DNA from: an uncultured Methanosarcinales archaeon
GTDB taxonomy: Archaea; Nanobdellota; Nanobdellia; Woesearchaeales; GW2011-AR9
Direction: 5' to 3'
Assembly: GCA_964344755.1 (NCBI GenBank)
Contig: CAYFOH010000001.1
Location: 454 to 64,453, forward strand
DNA length: 64,000 nucleotides
Numbering within the stretch: the first letter of the stretch is position 1; the number at the start of each line of letters is the position of its first letter. A model generated the notes under the pieces. That model was not told the origin of the DNA. It saw only the letters and a program-made list of their open reading frames with translations, and did not search any database. Below are positions 8,819-19,571 of this stretch, piece by piece. The position numbers and the translations under genes were made by a program.

Positions 8819-9619
8819 TTAATAATAACCTTTGATAGGAGAAGTATAAGTCTTGCTGTGACTTTCAGGTGAAATGGTTAATCCGTCTTTGGCTGCAATT
8901 GTTTGAATGCCTGTAGCTTGTTGGACTCTTCTTGCTTCTAAGATGGGGTCTGTTTTTAACATTTCTAAACCAAAGTGGGTTAACACGGCTAATTTGGGTT
9001 TGACTGTATTGATAATTTTAATGGCAGAATCTGTGTCTAGATTTAACCCTTTGGCTTTGTTTCCAGGATAGGGCACGTTTAAAATTAATAAATCAGTATC
9101 CATTAACTCTTCAACTAGTTCTTCAGTATAAGCTGTATCTCCTGTATAAGCTAAAGAAAAACGAGGACAATAAAACTTAAAACCAACGGCTGTTGGGTCA
9201 GTGTGTTTGACAGATAAAGCGTTGATTTCGACAATTTCAATGCCTACTTTGTGTTTTTTTTCTATTGGTATAATTTTTTCCAACTGCTTTTGGTGATGTT
9301 TAGTAAGAAAAGAATTGTTTTCTTCTAGGACGGACTTGCTAGCAAGAAGCAAACCGCGTTGCTCTATACCAGAATAAGTCATGGCATCCACAATTACATT
9401 TAGATCATTACAGTGGTTGAGATGATTATGTGTAACCAAAATTGCAGTTGTATTATGGGGATTAACTTCACAGCTCTTGGCTTTTACTAATGAGCCAGGA
9501 CCGGGGTCAAGGTGGAATTGTAGATCTTCCACTTGTAAGATAATACCTCCCGAAGAACGTAATTGCTTAGTGAAAACTGTGCTACTTCCAGCAGTCCCTA
9601 AAAAGATGATTTTTGCCAT
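8819..9619 (-). CDS. Metallo-beta-lactamase-fold hydrolase (RNase Z/ElaC-like)
   Basis: IIFLGTAGS...ILVTHNHLNHCND (variant HxHxDH)...LTHFG motifs. Confidence 0.55.
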   Translation of the reverse strand: MAKIIFLGTAGSSTVFTKQLRSSGGIILQVEDLQFHLDPGPGSLVKAKSCEVNPHNTTAILVTHNHLNHCNDLNVIVDAMTYSGIEQRGLLLASKSVLEENNSFLTKHHQKQLEKIIPIEKKHKVGIEIVEINALSVKHTDPTAVGFKFYCPRFSLAYTGDTAYTEELVEELMDTDLLILNVPYPGNKAKGLNLDTDSAIKIINTVKPKLAVLTHFGLEMLKTDPILEARRVQQATGIQTIAAKDGLTISPESHSKTYTSPIKGYY

Positions 9620-9721
9620 AGAATTTAATTAATGGGGGTACTAAATTAATAAAGATTATTATGTTAGGATAGTATCTTTGTAAACAAAAAGATTTATATA
9701 AGGAAAAAGAATCCTTCTTGT

Positions 9722-9874
9722 ATGAATAAAAGAGGGCAGTTAGGTTTGATTGAGTTTAAGTTTTTCATTTACGGACTAGTGATTGGTGTTATCCTAATTT
9801 TGGCTCTTGTTTTCTTGAGTTCTTCAGGTGTTCTGCCTTTTCAAATTCCTTTCTTGTGCCCAGTAGCCAATTGA
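9722..9874 (+). CDS. Unannotated 50-aa mini-protein with an archaeal type IV pilin-like (class III) signal: MNKRGQ/LGLIEF followed by a hydrophobic helix
   Basis: Hand translation: MNKRGQLGLIEFKFFIYGLVIGVILILALVFLSSSGVLPFQIPFLCPVAN. KRGQ then Glu at +5 then a roughly 22-aa hydrophobic stretch. Confidence 0.4.
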   Translation: MNKRGQLGLIEFKFFIYGLVIGVILILALVFLSSSGVLPFQIPFLCPVAN

Positions 9875-9925
9875 GAATAGAAAAGGTTATAACTCTTAGT
9901 TTTTTAGCCTGTTTTAGAAAATGAG

Positions 9926-10447
9926 GTGATTGGAGTGGATGTGGAAAGGATTCAGAAAATTAATAATTTGGCATTAAGTTTAATGAAGCAGGGTTTAGCA
10001 GCAGATCGGGACCAGGCTGTGGCCCAGGCTGAGAAAATATTCCCAACTGGTAGTACAGATTCCTATAATAGTATTAGGCAAACTTTAGAGCAGGTAAATT
10101 CTGAGCAACAGCCAGCTCCTTTGGTGCAAGAAGTTAAAGTAGAAGAAACACGGTCTGAACTTTCTCAGGATAGTATTAGATCTATTTTAGAGAAAAATAC
10201 GAAGTTTATTGTTACACAATTGAAAGAATTTCAAGAAAAAATAAGAATTTTAGAAAAAGAACTTTTGCAGGTCAAGACGAAGTTAGCTTACAAAAATCTT
10301 CCTACTGTAAGACAAATAGTTTCTGAAGGAGTTAAAACACCACAAGAAGTTAGTAAAACAGAAACAAAAGAGGTTCATCCACGTTCGGGGGATTATGCAG
10401 AAGAGGACGTTTCTATAGAGAAATTCTTTTATATGGGTTCTAGATAA
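9926..10447 (+). CDS. Hypothetical coiled-coil protein
   Basis: ORF track; no catalytic motifs; heptad-rich. Confidence 0.4.
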   Translation: MIGVDVERIQKINNLALSLMKQGLAADRDQAVAQAEKIFPTGSTDSYNSIRQTLEQVNSEQQPAPLVQEVKVEETRSELSQDSIRSILEKNTKFIVTQLKEFQEKIRILEKELLQVKTKLAYKNLPTVRQIVSEGVKTPQEVSKTETKEVHPRSGDYAEEDVSIEKFFYMGSR

Positions 10448-10513
10448 TAAGAAAGTATATCTTTTAGGATACAAATCTTTAAAAAGGGACGGCGTAGTGG
10501 GGTAACTACTGGG

Positions 10514-11899
10514 GTGGGGGTACTTAAAATTAAAGCTAGATTCATAGTAGTAGCTGTACTTATCGTCATTTTATCACTTCTTTCTGTAAATGCTGAATTA
10601 GAATTAGCAGATCAAGATGATTTAAGTGTTGTTTTTAATTATAGGGGATTAAATGATAATGATCGTTCTTTAGATTTGGAGAGGTCTATTGGTTTTAAGA
10701 ATGATGTTACAGAGTCTTTTACTTTTTCTGTCGAAAGCTTGGAAGATGATTATGAATTGACTTTAAATAGCCAAACCTTAGAGATTGGTACGGAGACAGT
10801 CAATTTAGAGTTTGAGCTAACTGTTCCAGTTAATGTCGATCAAGGTCAAACTGATAGAGTTGCTAGAATAAAAGCTGTTGGGCCTGATAATGAAGAAAGG
10901 TTTTTTGATCTAAAAACAGAAGTTGAGACTATGTTGGACTTGGAGAGAATTTATGTTTTTGCTGGTGGGAACCAAGTTAAAAGGATAACTGAAGACGACG
11001 AAAAGGTTGAAAATTTAGAGCCAGGAAGTCAAATAGAACTAAAATTTGAAATAGAAAATTTATTTGATGAAGATTACGATTTTGGTGATCTTGAAGTTGA
11101 AATTTCTTTAAATTTAGATGACAATGATTTCACGGAAGATGTTGATGAAGAAGAAAGTTATGATATTAAAGCTGGTACGAAATTAGAGGGCGATGATGCA
11201 GTTCTAACTTTTGAGATACCACAAAAAGCAGAAGAAGGAAATTATGATCTGGAAATTGTTATCAAAGCAGAAGATGAGAACAGGGCTAAGTATAGGATTG
11301 AAAGAGATCTATTTTTAGAAGTTGAAAGAAAAAATGATGATATTAGGCTTGATAATATTAATTTCTTACCAGAAAAAACTAGTTGTTCTACAGAAAATGT
11401 AGAACTTGTTACTAAAGTAGTTAATTTTGGGCAACACAGGCAAAAAAATGCTGCTCTAACTTTTATTAGCGCTAACTTGAAATTAGACGAAAGATTTGAT
11501 TTTGAATTGGAAAGTGGTACAAGTGATGATAATTTTGTTGTTAAGAAGTTGAATATTAAAGTACCTGATGGCTTGCAACCGGGAAGTTATCCTATAGCTG
11601 TTAATGCTTATTACGATTTTAGCACGCACGCTGATAGGGAAGTTGTTAATCTAGTTTTAGAGGAGTGTGTTCAACAAGAACAGCAGCAGGTTGTTGAAGA
11701 TAAATTGTCTGAAACTCCAATGGAGGATCAAGAAAAGGAAGAAGTTTCTGATTTGGAAACAGTATCGCCTGCTTCAAAAGTAGTTAAGACCATTGAAGAT
11801 CCATATACTACAGAAGATTTTGTTTTTGGAGCTTTAATAGTTGCTATCGTGGTGATTTTAGCTTTGATAGTCATATTTATTATTGTTTTATTTAGGTGA
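10514..11899 (+). CDS. Highly acidic secreted surface protein with C-terminal TM anchor (GTG start per ORF track)
   Basis: Signal-like N-terminus (KIKARFIVVAVLIVILSLLSVNA/E). D/E-rich Ig-like (CARDB-like) repeats. C-terminal hydrophobic anchor FVFGALIVAIVVILALIVIFIIVLF. Confidence 0.6.
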   Translation: MGVLKIKARFIVVAVLIVILSLLSVNAELELADQDDLSVVFNYRGLNDNDRSLDLERSIGFKNDVTESFTFSVESLEDDYELTLNSQTLEIGTETVNLEFELTVPVNVDQGQTDRVARIKAVGPDNEERFFDLKTEVETMLDLERIYVFAGGNQVKRITEDDEKVENLEPGSQIELKFEIENLFDEDYDFGDLEVEISLNLDDNDFTEDVDEEESYDIKAGTKLEGDDAVLTFEIPQKAEEGNYDLEIVIKAEDENRAKYRIERDLFLEVERKNDDIRLDNINFLPEKTSCSTENVELVTKVVNFGQHRQKNAALTFISANLKLDERFDFELESGTSDDNFVVKKLNIKVPDGLQPGSYPIAVNAYYDFSTHADREVVNLVLEECVQQEQQQVVEDKLSETPMEDQEKEEVSDLETVSPASKVVKTIEDPYTTEDFVFGALIVAIVVILALIVIFIIVLFR

Positions 11900-11929
11900 T
11901 GGATTTAAAATGATGAGGAGAAAAATAAA

Positions 11930-14236
11930 ATGAATAAAAAAATACTAGTTGCTTTATTCGTTTTAATAGCTATTTTGCTTACAGTCAAAACAGCTTTAAG
12001 TGAGGAAGGAAGTTTAGTGATTTCTGACCTTACTATCAACGAAGTTGCATTAGAAGAAGGTGGTTTGACCCAAGATTTAAAACCACTATACGAATTACAC
12101 ATTGAGTTTTTTTTAGAAAATGAGTTAGATCGGCCAGTAACTGGCATCACAGTAGAGCTGAATTCAGATGAAATAAACCTAGAATTTGGTGAAAGTTTTA
12201 ACTTGGCTTCTGGAGAAGATAAACAGATTGTTTTAGATGACCAATTACCTTATACCATTACTGAAGGTGAGTACCAGGCTATCTTAGTTGTAGAAGGAAA
12301 AGACTTTAACGACCCAGAGGAGGTTGTTACAGTTGAATTTCCTTTTGCAATTAAGGTTGTTCAAAAACCAGCTGATGTAGTTATTAGTGATTTAACTTTA
12401 GAAGATGAAGAACTGACCTGTCAAGTTTCTACAACACTATCTGTGGAATTTACTAACATCGGAAAAAACGATGAAACTGACATTAAGATTAAGGTGTCTG
12501 GTGATGATTTGGAACTAGAATCACCTGTCCAAAGTCTATCTAGTAACCAAAGGAAAGTTTACAACTTTGAAATTCTTAAAGAAAATCTTTCTAATGGTGA
12601 TAATGAACTGGAGATTGTTTTATCTTATAGAGATGACTATTTGGAAGTTTTAGATACAGTTGAAGTTAGTAAAGGAAACTGTGTTTTACAGGAGAAAGAA
12701 AATCAATTTGGAAAAATTGAATTTGACAATGAAGTTGATTTAGAGAATGTTGATAATGTTGACGAGATCATTATCATTCAAGAAGGTTTAGTAGCAGTAG
12801 ATTCAGAGGCTGCTCCACAGTTTGAAAACCAACCGGCAACAATCACCTTTAACAAAGTATTCACTAATCCTTTAATTAGGGTTTCAGACGGATTTAACGA
12901 AGGTGAATTTAGTACTTGTGCTGATAATGTGTGTGAAGTGTTAAGTAATAGTAACGGTAAATTTGTTTTTACTGTTCCTGGCTTTTCCACTTACCACGTG
13001 GTTGAGGAACAAGAAGCTACTATCTCTATATCCGCTATCTCTTTTACAAACGTTTTGAGAGGAGAGACTGTTGAAGCAGATGTCACTATCAAGAATACAG
13101 GAACAGTAGAAATCTTAACTAATGTTGAAGCTAGCTTAGTTGATGTTGCTGAAAGGTACAACGCTACTGTTGTAGGAACTGTACCTGAAACTTTAGAAGC
13201 TAATGAAGAAGCAGAAGTTAAGGTTAGGTTAGAAGTTCCTGTCGGGGAAAGTACGTCTAAACACACTGTTGGTAAGTTTAGGGTTACAAGTAACGATTTA
13301 TCGGCCGAAGTTCCTATAGAATTAGAAATCAAAAGTTTCTTGTCAATTCAAGAGATTGAAATTAATGGCAAGAGTAACGGCGAGATTAAATTAGATGAAG
13401 AAACTGAAGTCAAAGTTGAAGTAAGAAACCTTTTATCGGAGGAAATTAACGATATTGTTGTAAAGGCAACATTCTTAGATGTTGATGGAGACGATATTGA
13501 AGAAGAATCTGATGAGTTTAACTTAGACTCTGATGAAGATGAAACGGTAACTCTAACTTTTAATCTAGAAGACGAAACTCTTGATGAAGATAGTTATGTT
13601 TTGGAAATTGTTGTTGAAGGTGAAGACAATGACAATAACAAACATAGGGTAGTTGAGAGAAAAACCGTCGATGTAGATAGAGAAAGTCACAAAGTTGTTG
13701 TTAAAAGAGCCAATCTGAGAACTAACGTTTTACAATGTAATGCTAACACCTTTGTTGATGTTACTGTTGAAAACATTGGTAAAAGCAACGAAGACGATGT
13801 TGAAATCAGGGTTAGAAATTCTGAATTAGGTATCAATCTGAACAAAGATAACATTGATTTAGACAAGTTCTCTGGGAATGACAATGATTACAGTACTTCA
13901 TTTGCTATCTCTACTGATGATGACGTTGAGGATGGCAGCTACAGCCTAGTTGTGGAAGTCTTGCTTGATGGTGATCTGGAAGATAGGAAGGACTTAACTT
14001 TAGAGATAAGGGATTGTTTAACCACAACTTCTCAAGACCAACTAGCTCAATTAACCGTTGACGCAGCTGTCAAAAGTTTTGAGAGTGCACAAACCACAAA
14101 ATCTGGGCAAGATAATGTAATTAGTAGCTCTTTAAGAAATAATGAGTCTTATGTGCTACTTTTAGGTACACTTGTCTTATTAGCTTTTGTTGCAGTAGTT
14201 TTAGGGCTAGCGATTGTCTTAATTAAGAAGAAGTAA
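11930..14236 (+). CDS. Highly acidic secreted surface protein (768 aa) with signal peptide and C-terminal TM anchor
   Basis: N-terminal MNKKILVALFVLIAILLTVKTALS. Repeated beta-sandwich-like acidic modules. C-terminal LLLGTLVLLAFVAVVLGLAIVLIKKK. Confidence 0.6.
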   Translation: MNKKILVALFVLIAILLTVKTALSEEGSLVISDLTINEVALEEGGLTQDLKPLYELHIEFFLENELDRPVTGITVELNSDEINLEFGESFNLASGEDKQIVLDDQLPYTITEGEYQAILVVEGKDFNDPEEVVTVEFPFAIKVVQKPADVVISDLTLEDEELTCQVSTTLSVEFTNIGKNDETDIKIKVSGDDLELESPVQSLSSNQRKVYNFEILKENLSNGDNELEIVLSYRDDYLEVLDTVEVSKGNCVLQEKENQFGKIEFDNEVDLENVDNVDEIIIIQEGLVAVDSEAAPQFENQPATITFNKVFTNPLIRVSDGFNEGEFSTCADNVCEVLSNSNGKFVFTVPGFSTYHVVEEQEATISISAISFTNVLRGETVEADVTIKNTGTVEILTNVEASLVDVAERYNATVVGTVPETLEANEEAEVKVRLEVPVGESTSKHTVGKFRVTSNDLSAEVPIELEIKSFLSIQEIEINGKSNGEIKLDEETEVKVEVRNLLSEEINDIVVKATFLDVDGDDIEEESDEFNLDSDEDETVTLTFNLEDETLDEDSYVLEIVVEGEDNDNNKHRVVERKTVDVDRESHKVVVKRANLRTNVLQCNANTFVDVTVENIGKSNEDDVEIRVRNSELGINLNKDNIDLDKFSGNDNDYSTSFAISTDDDVEDGSYSLVVEVLLDGDLEDRKDLTLEIRDCLTTTSQDQLAQLTVDAAVKSFESAQTTKSGQDNVISSSLRNNESYVLLLGTLVLLAFVAVVLGLAIVLIKKK

Positions 14237-14262
14237 TTTTTTTTATTTTATTTTTTTATTTT
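14237..14262 (+). terminator. Oligo-T tract immediately after the 768-aa surface-protein gene (archaeal-type terminator)
   Basis: ttttttttattttatttttttattttt directly 3' of the stop. Confidence 0.4.
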
Positions 14263-14330
14263 TGTAAAGTTTTATAAGTATCCAGATCTAACTTCTTTGT
14301 AATTTGTATACAAAAAGGGGCTTAGTGTAG

Positions 14331-17300
14331 ATGTTAAGCTATCTTAAGAAGAACTTTCACATATTTTTAGTTGTATTTGTCTTGTTTTTTCTAGGTTTAC
14401 TTCTCTTAAAACTGCCGGGTGGGATAACAGGGATGGTGACTGGTGTAGGATTAGGGGAAGATTTGGGGGTCCAGAGTGTTTTAAGTTGTGGTTCAAATGT
14501 ACCTAATACCACTACTCTATCAGCTAATATAATTAATTGTAATAGTTCTAATGGATTAAACATAACTGGGAGCCATATCACTTTAGATTGTAACGGATTT
14601 AATATCAATGGAAGCATTAGTTATGGGACATTGAATACGGGGGTTTATGTTCAGCAAAATGTAACAAATGTAACTATTACTAATTGTAATATAACTGGTT
14701 TTCATTCTAATATTAAAGTTGAAGGTAATTTTACTAATATTACTGGAAATAATTTAATAAGAGGAGGTTTGGCTGGAATTTTAATAAATAATGTTGCTTC
14801 TGATGAACCTTTAGTTGCTAATACTTCCATTACCTTTAATACAATACAAGGTGATATTGGAAGTTCTAATTCCTTGTCCGGTATACAAGTTGTAGATGCG
14901 GAAGATGTAGATGTTTTCTATAATAATATAAGCTATTTTCTTGATGGTGTTTCTTTAGCAGGGGGCGGTGTAGATGAACACAAACGGGTTAATGTCTCTT
15001 TTAACAACATAATTAATAATTCTCGGTATTCGCTTGATGTTACTAATGCTAATGAAGAAATATTTGTCCAATTTAACTATTGGAATTACTCAACTTGTAG
15101 TAATATTACCTCTACTTTTGATGGTGACAATAATGATTATATCTTAGAACCCATCTTAGATAGTTTTTATCCTTCTGGTTCTGTAACAGCCTGTGAAGAT
15201 TTTTGTGGTATGGCATTAAGAGAGTCTAGAACTTTAAGTAGCAATATCTTAGGTTGTTCTACAAATGCTATTGAAATCATTAAAAATGATACTACTTTAG
15301 ATTGTAATAGCTTTGAAGTTAGGGGTGACAGTTCTGGAACAATTAAAGGAATTGCGGTTGATGTGGCTCCTGCTTTCCTGAGTGGGATTACAATTAGGGA
15401 TTGTAATGTTTCTAATTTTAATTATGGTTTTTATCTAAATGATGTTGAGTATAGTAATTTTATAAATAATACAGTTGTTAATAGCTCATTAAGTGCTTAT
15501 TATCTTAACGCAGGTGTTAAACACAGTAATTTTACAAATAATACCCTTAAACATACCGAAGGCCAATTAGATGTTTCTGGTGTACCAGGAGCTGGATTTT
15601 GGTTAGGTACTGCTGATTCGGCAAATAATACTTTTATTGGAAATAATATATCTTATGGTGGAACTGCTGCAATAACTACTAGGGGGACTTTTAATCTTTT
15701 TAAAAATAACACTATCTATAACAATTCTTATGGGTACTATCTTGATGGATCTTTTGGCAATAATTTTACTGGGGATCTATTACAAAAAAATAAAGTTGCG
15801 GTTCAAACAGAAAAAGGTATTAATAGCGTTGCAGACACTTATGATAATTATTTTTATGAAACTTCTTTTTTAGATAACGTTTATGATTTAAATGTAACAG
15901 TATCCACTAAAACAAATATTACTTTTGTTAACTCTTCTATTAATAGTAGTAAACTGACAGTGGCTACTAGTGCATTTGCTTATTTTTTAAATTATGTGGA
16001 TGTTAATGTAACTGATACTTTAAAGAATCCTCTTTTTAACGCAACTGTTTCTGCAAAGACTTCTACCGGGTTGGATCAAAACTCAAGAACAACCAAAGCT
16101 AATGGTGTTGCAAGGTTAGAAATTTTGGAGTATTTTAATAATGGTGGGACTAACTTTTTTGTTACACCAAGCACCATAACAGCTAGGAAAACAAATTATA
16201 CAGAAAATAGTACCAATGTTAGTGTTTTAAATAGGAAATATGTTTCGACTGATATAATTTTAACTTCAATATTGTGTGGTAATACAATAACAACAAGTTT
16301 CAGCCTAGGTAATGATTATTATTGTAGTGGAGATGGTTTTATAATTGGGGCAACTAACATTAGTGTAGACGGAAATAGCCACACTATTTGGGGAAAGAAT
16401 AATGGAAAAGGATTAGTTGTTAATAATTACAACAGACTTTCTGTAACTAATTTAAATATCAGAAACTTTAGTACGGGCCTTTATTTAGATAACAGTTCTC
16501 ACTCTTCATTTGGTAATATGATTATTTCTAACAATACTTACGGAATTATTTTTAATAAGTCATTTAATAATAGTGTTTTTAATGGTAACATAACCAATAG
16601 CACTAATTTTGCAATTTTATCAATAGTTGGAAGTTCTTCTTTGAAGAATAATTCTTTAGTGAATGTAAGTGTAGATTTAAATACTTTGAATGCTAGTGGA
16701 AATACAACTATATTAATCAAATGGTTTGCTGATATTAACACATCTTTTAATAATCACTCTACATTGACAAATGCCAATGTTTCAGGTCACTTTAATAGTA
16801 CACACGATCCAACAGACCCTAAAGGAGGGATTTTAGATTATACTACAAAAAGTGATAATAGTGGTTTAGGGAGACTACAGTTAATAGAAGCAGTGGTTAA
16901 CAATACTTTTGTCAAATATTTAACTCCTCACAACATTAGTTCAAGATTTACATTCTTGGGGGTAACTTACAGTAACTATACTTCCATTAATTTAACATTA
17001 ACTAAAAGCACTAAGTTAAATCTTAATTTAATACTTAATTGTACTACTCCAAGCGGGAGTACGCATACAATTACAGAAAGTACTACTTATTGTCCTGGTA
17101 TTTATAATACTAAAACTGTGATTGCAGCAAACAATCTTAGTTTGACTTGTTCAGGAACAACCTTAGTGGGAACTGGGTTGGTAGGTTCTGATAATATAGG
17201 CATAGATATTAAACACAGAAAAAGAGTGAATATAACTGGCTGTAATTTAAAGGATTTTTACGAAGGGGTAGAAGTAAGGAATTCAAGCAAAATTAAAATA

Positions 17301-18800
17301 AATAATATCTCTATATCTAAAGAAAGTTCTTCTTTGCAAACCTATTATGGTGTATATTGTCGAGACAATTCCTTAAATTTAATAGTTAACAGTTCAAGAT
17401 TATCTTCTTCTAGTGCGGAAGATCTTTATCTTTGGGAGTGTAATGGAAGTACAGTGCAATATAACATTTTAGTTGGTGATTATGGGATTGATTTGCGTGA
17501 ATCATATCTTAATAATTTTACCAATAATACTTTTGAAAATAGCGTGGATAGCGTTAGAATCACTTCGGGTAGTAATAATTACTTTATTTATAATAGATTC
17601 TCTGGGAATACTGAAAATTATTTTAATTACATCAGTGGAAGTGACAATCATTTTAACACTACTTTCCAGGATGTGACTGGAGACTTCCCACAAGGTAACG
17701 AGTACGCTGACTATTGTGATAAAGGTTCTGATGCTAATAGTGACGGTTATGCTGATGCTAAAACTACAGGTGAAAGAGACTGGCCTTATAATGCAACAAT
17801 AAGTAGCAGGATTAATATTGATAGTACCAACAATCCCAAGTTTAATGATTATGGTCCTAGATTGCTAACTTGCCCACCCAAGACAGTGGGGACAACTTCT
17901 AGTTCTTCCTCTTCTTCAGGGGAAACTGTCAGTGGAGCTGCTCCTCCTGCCCCTCCACCTGCTCCTGTTGGTGAAACTGATAGTGGAGCAGCACCTTGTA
18001 CTGAAAATTGTCAAGGGGAAGCTGGTTTGAAACAAGTTACCCGTACGACAGAAGGCGAATTGGCTGTTTTAGTATCTTTAGAAAATTCTGGTAAAACTCC
18101 TTTAAGATTGTTCCCAGAACTTAACCAAGATATAGAAGACCCTTTTTATATTGTTACAAGAAAAACCCTTGGTTTTGAAGGCAGTTTATTTGACAAAATA
18201 GCTTCTTTAAGTTATTCTAAAAAACCAATTGCTGGCAAACTATTAAGAGCTACTATCGTTAATCAAGAAGAATTAATTATTCCTCCAGGCGGTAAACTTG
18301 ATGCTGTTGTTAAAATCAAAGAAGGTTTACTTTCTAGTAATCTGAAAATCCAATTTAGTTCTATTGGTAAAGAGGTAGCTGTAGATTCTGATAAGAAGGA
18401 AGCAATTAGTGGAGCAGCCGTTGATCTTAATGTTAAAGATGATTCATTGGATGTTTATTTGATTATTGTACCGAAAGATTTGTTGGGGAATAATGGTAAT
18501 AAGTTAACAGGGGCAACCATTAGTTCTGAAGAAAGCGACGATTATTTGGTGGAAATAAACTTGAATAAGAAAATTAAGGGAAAGGGGTTCTTTGGCTTTA
18601 TCAAAAAAACTTTCTTTGGTGAAAGTGCCTTTAGTGATTTATATGGTCCTTATAAGATCACGCAAGAACAAAGTCTCATATTTGCTCAACAATTTAAGTA
18701 CAATCAAGAAGTTTACAAAGGAGACTATACATTAACTAGCAAAATATTTAAAGGTGGTAAGAAAGTCACTGAAAACGAGTTTGAAATAAAATTTGAATAG
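14331..18800 (+). CDS. Giant secreted/anchored glycoprotein (1489 aa): parallel beta-helix (NosD/pectate-lyase-like) repeats, Pro/Ser linker and C-terminal beta-rich domain; very dense in N-x-S/T sequons; S-layer or adhesin candidate
   Basis: N-terminal TM/signal (FHIFLVVFVLFFLGLLLL). Recurrent NITGxxxN beta-helix rungs. Dozens of NxT/NxS sites. Linker TTSSSSSSSGETVSGAAPPAPPPAPVGETDSGAAP. Confidence 0.6.
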   Translation: MLSYLKKNFHIFLVVFVLFFLGLLLLKLPGGITGMVTGVGLGEDLGVQSVLSCGSNVPNTTTLSANIINCNSSNGLNITGSHITLDCNGFNINGSISYGTLNTGVYVQQNVTNVTITNCNITGFHSNIKVEGNFTNITGNNLIRGGLAGILINNVASDEPLVANTSITFNTIQGDIGSSNSLSGIQVVDAEDVDVFYNNISYFLDGVSLAGGGVDEHKRVNVSFNNIINNSRYSLDVTNANEEIFVQFNYWNYSTCSNITSTFDGDNNDYILEPILDSFYPSGSVTACEDFCGMALRESRTLSSNILGCSTNAIEIIKNDTTLDCNSFEVRGDSSGTIKGIAVDVAPAFLSGITIRDCNVSNFNYGFYLNDVEYSNFINNTVVNSSLSAYYLNAGVKHSNFTNNTLKHTEGQLDVSGVPGAGFWLGTADSANNTFIGNNISYGGTAAITTRGTFNLFKNNTIYNNSYGYYLDGSFGNNFTGDLLQKNKVAVQTEKGINSVADTYDNYFYETSFLDNVYDLNVTVSTKTNITFVNSSINSSKLTVATSAFAYFLNYVDVNVTDTLKNPLFNATVSAKTSTGLDQNSRTTKANGVARLEILEYFNNGGTNFFVTPSTITARKTNYTENSTNVSVLNRKYVSTDIILTSILCGNTITTSFSLGNDYYCSGDGFIIGATNISVDGNSHTIWGKNNGKGLVVNNYNRLSVTNLNIRNFSTGLYLDNSSHSSFGNMIISNNTYGIIFNKSFNNSVFNGNITNSTNFAILSIVGSSSLKNNSLVNVSVDLNTLNASGNTTILIKWFADINTSFNNHSTLTNANVSGHFNSTHDPTDPKGGILDYTTKSDNSGLGRLQLIEAVVNNTFVKYLTPHNISSRFTFLGVTYSNYTSINLTLTKSTKLNLNLILNCTTPSGSTHTITESTTYCPGIYNTKTVIAANNLSLTCSGTTLVGTGLVGSDNIGIDIKHRKRVNITGCNLKDFYEGVEVRNSSKIKINNISISKESSSLQTYYGVYCRDNSLNLIVNSSRLSSSSAEDLYLWECNGSTVQYNILVGDYGIDLRESYLNNFTNNTFENSVDSVRITSGSNNYFIYNRFSGNTENYFNYISGSDNHFNTTFQDVTGDFPQGNEYADYCDKGSDANSDGYADAKTTGERDWPYNATISSRINIDSTNNPKFNDYGPRLLTCPPKTVGTTSSSSSSSGETVSGAAPPAPPPAPVGETDSGAAPCTENCQGEAGLKQVTRTTEGELAVLVSLENSGKTPLRLFPELNQDIEDPFYIVTRKTLGFEGSLFDKIASLSYSKKPIAGKLLRATIVNQEELIIPPGGKLDAVVKIKEGLLSSNLKIQFSSIGKEVAVDSDKKEAISGAAVDLNVKDDSLDVYLIIVPKDLLGNNGNKLTGATISSEESDDYLVEINLNKKIKGKGFFGFIKKTFFGESAFSDLYGPYKITQEQSLIFAQQFKYNQEVYKGDYTLTSKIFKGGKKVTENEFEIKFE

Positions 18801-18802
18801 AA

Positions 18803-19543
18803 ATGAGATCAATCAAAAAAGTTTTAGTACATCTAAAAAGTAAAAAGAAATTTTACATAAAGGATTTGCATGAAGATTTCCATACAGAGTTTGGGGTAAT
18901 TTCTAAAAAGGATTATCGTAAATCAAAAATAAAAAGTTCTAAAGAAGAAAAATTCATCATTTTGGATCCTCTTTTTTCTGACCTTTGGGATAATCTTCAT
19001 CGTGCCCCACAAATAATGATTCAAAAAGATATTGGTTTAATTTTAGCTAAAACCGGGATTAACAAGAATTCTAAAGTGGTTGATGCTGGGGGTGGAAGTG
19101 GAGCTTTATGTCTTTCTTTAGCTAACGTTTGTAAAGAAATTACTGTTTATGAGACTAACCCTGAACATTATGATGTGGTGGCTAAGAACGTAAAATTGTT
19201 TGGAATTAATAATTTAAATTTAAAACAAGCAAATATTTATCAAGGTATTAAGGAAAAAAAATTAGATTTGATTACCTTAGATTTACCAGAACCTTGGCAG
19301 GTAACAGAACATGCAATTTCATCTTTAAAAAATGGTGGCCATTTGGTGGTTTATCTTCCTAACCTTAGTCAAGTGAAACTATTTGTTGATTCTACTAAGA
19401 GAAGTTCTATAGAAATAATTGAGATCATAGAAACTCTTGAAAGAAAGTGGCAAGTTAATGGTAAAATTATGCGTCCGGAGTTCCAAATGTTGGGACACAC
19501 AGGATTTCTTATATTTTGTAGGAAACTACAGTACACAAAATAA
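18803..19543 (+). CDS. trmI: tRNA (m1A57/58) methyltransferase TrmI (Gcd14 family)
   Basis: SAM-binding VVDAGGGSGAL and TrmI-type DLPEPW motif. Confidence 0.7.
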   Translation: MRSIKKVLVHLKSKKKFYIKDLHEDFHTEFGVISKKDYRKSKIKSSKEEKFIILDPLFSDLWDNLHRAPQIMIQKDIGLILAKTGINKNSKVVDAGGGSGALCLSLANVCKEITVYETNPEHYDVVAKNVKLFGINNLNLKQANIYQGIKEKKLDLITLDLPEPWQVTEHAISSLKNGGHLVVYLPNLSQVKLFVDSTKRSSIEIIEIIETLERKWQVNGKIMRPEFQMLGHTGFLIFCRKLQYTK

Positions 19544-19571
19544 TATAAATTTAATCTTCTAAACAACTGGT

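Noticed and set aside
10484-10525. GC-rich patch (gggacggcgtagtggggtaactactggggtgggggtac) before the first acidic surface protein gene
   Set aside because: Too short for a tRNA or riboswitch. It partly forms the GTG start region and signal peptide. It is probably an SD/leader, not a separate element.
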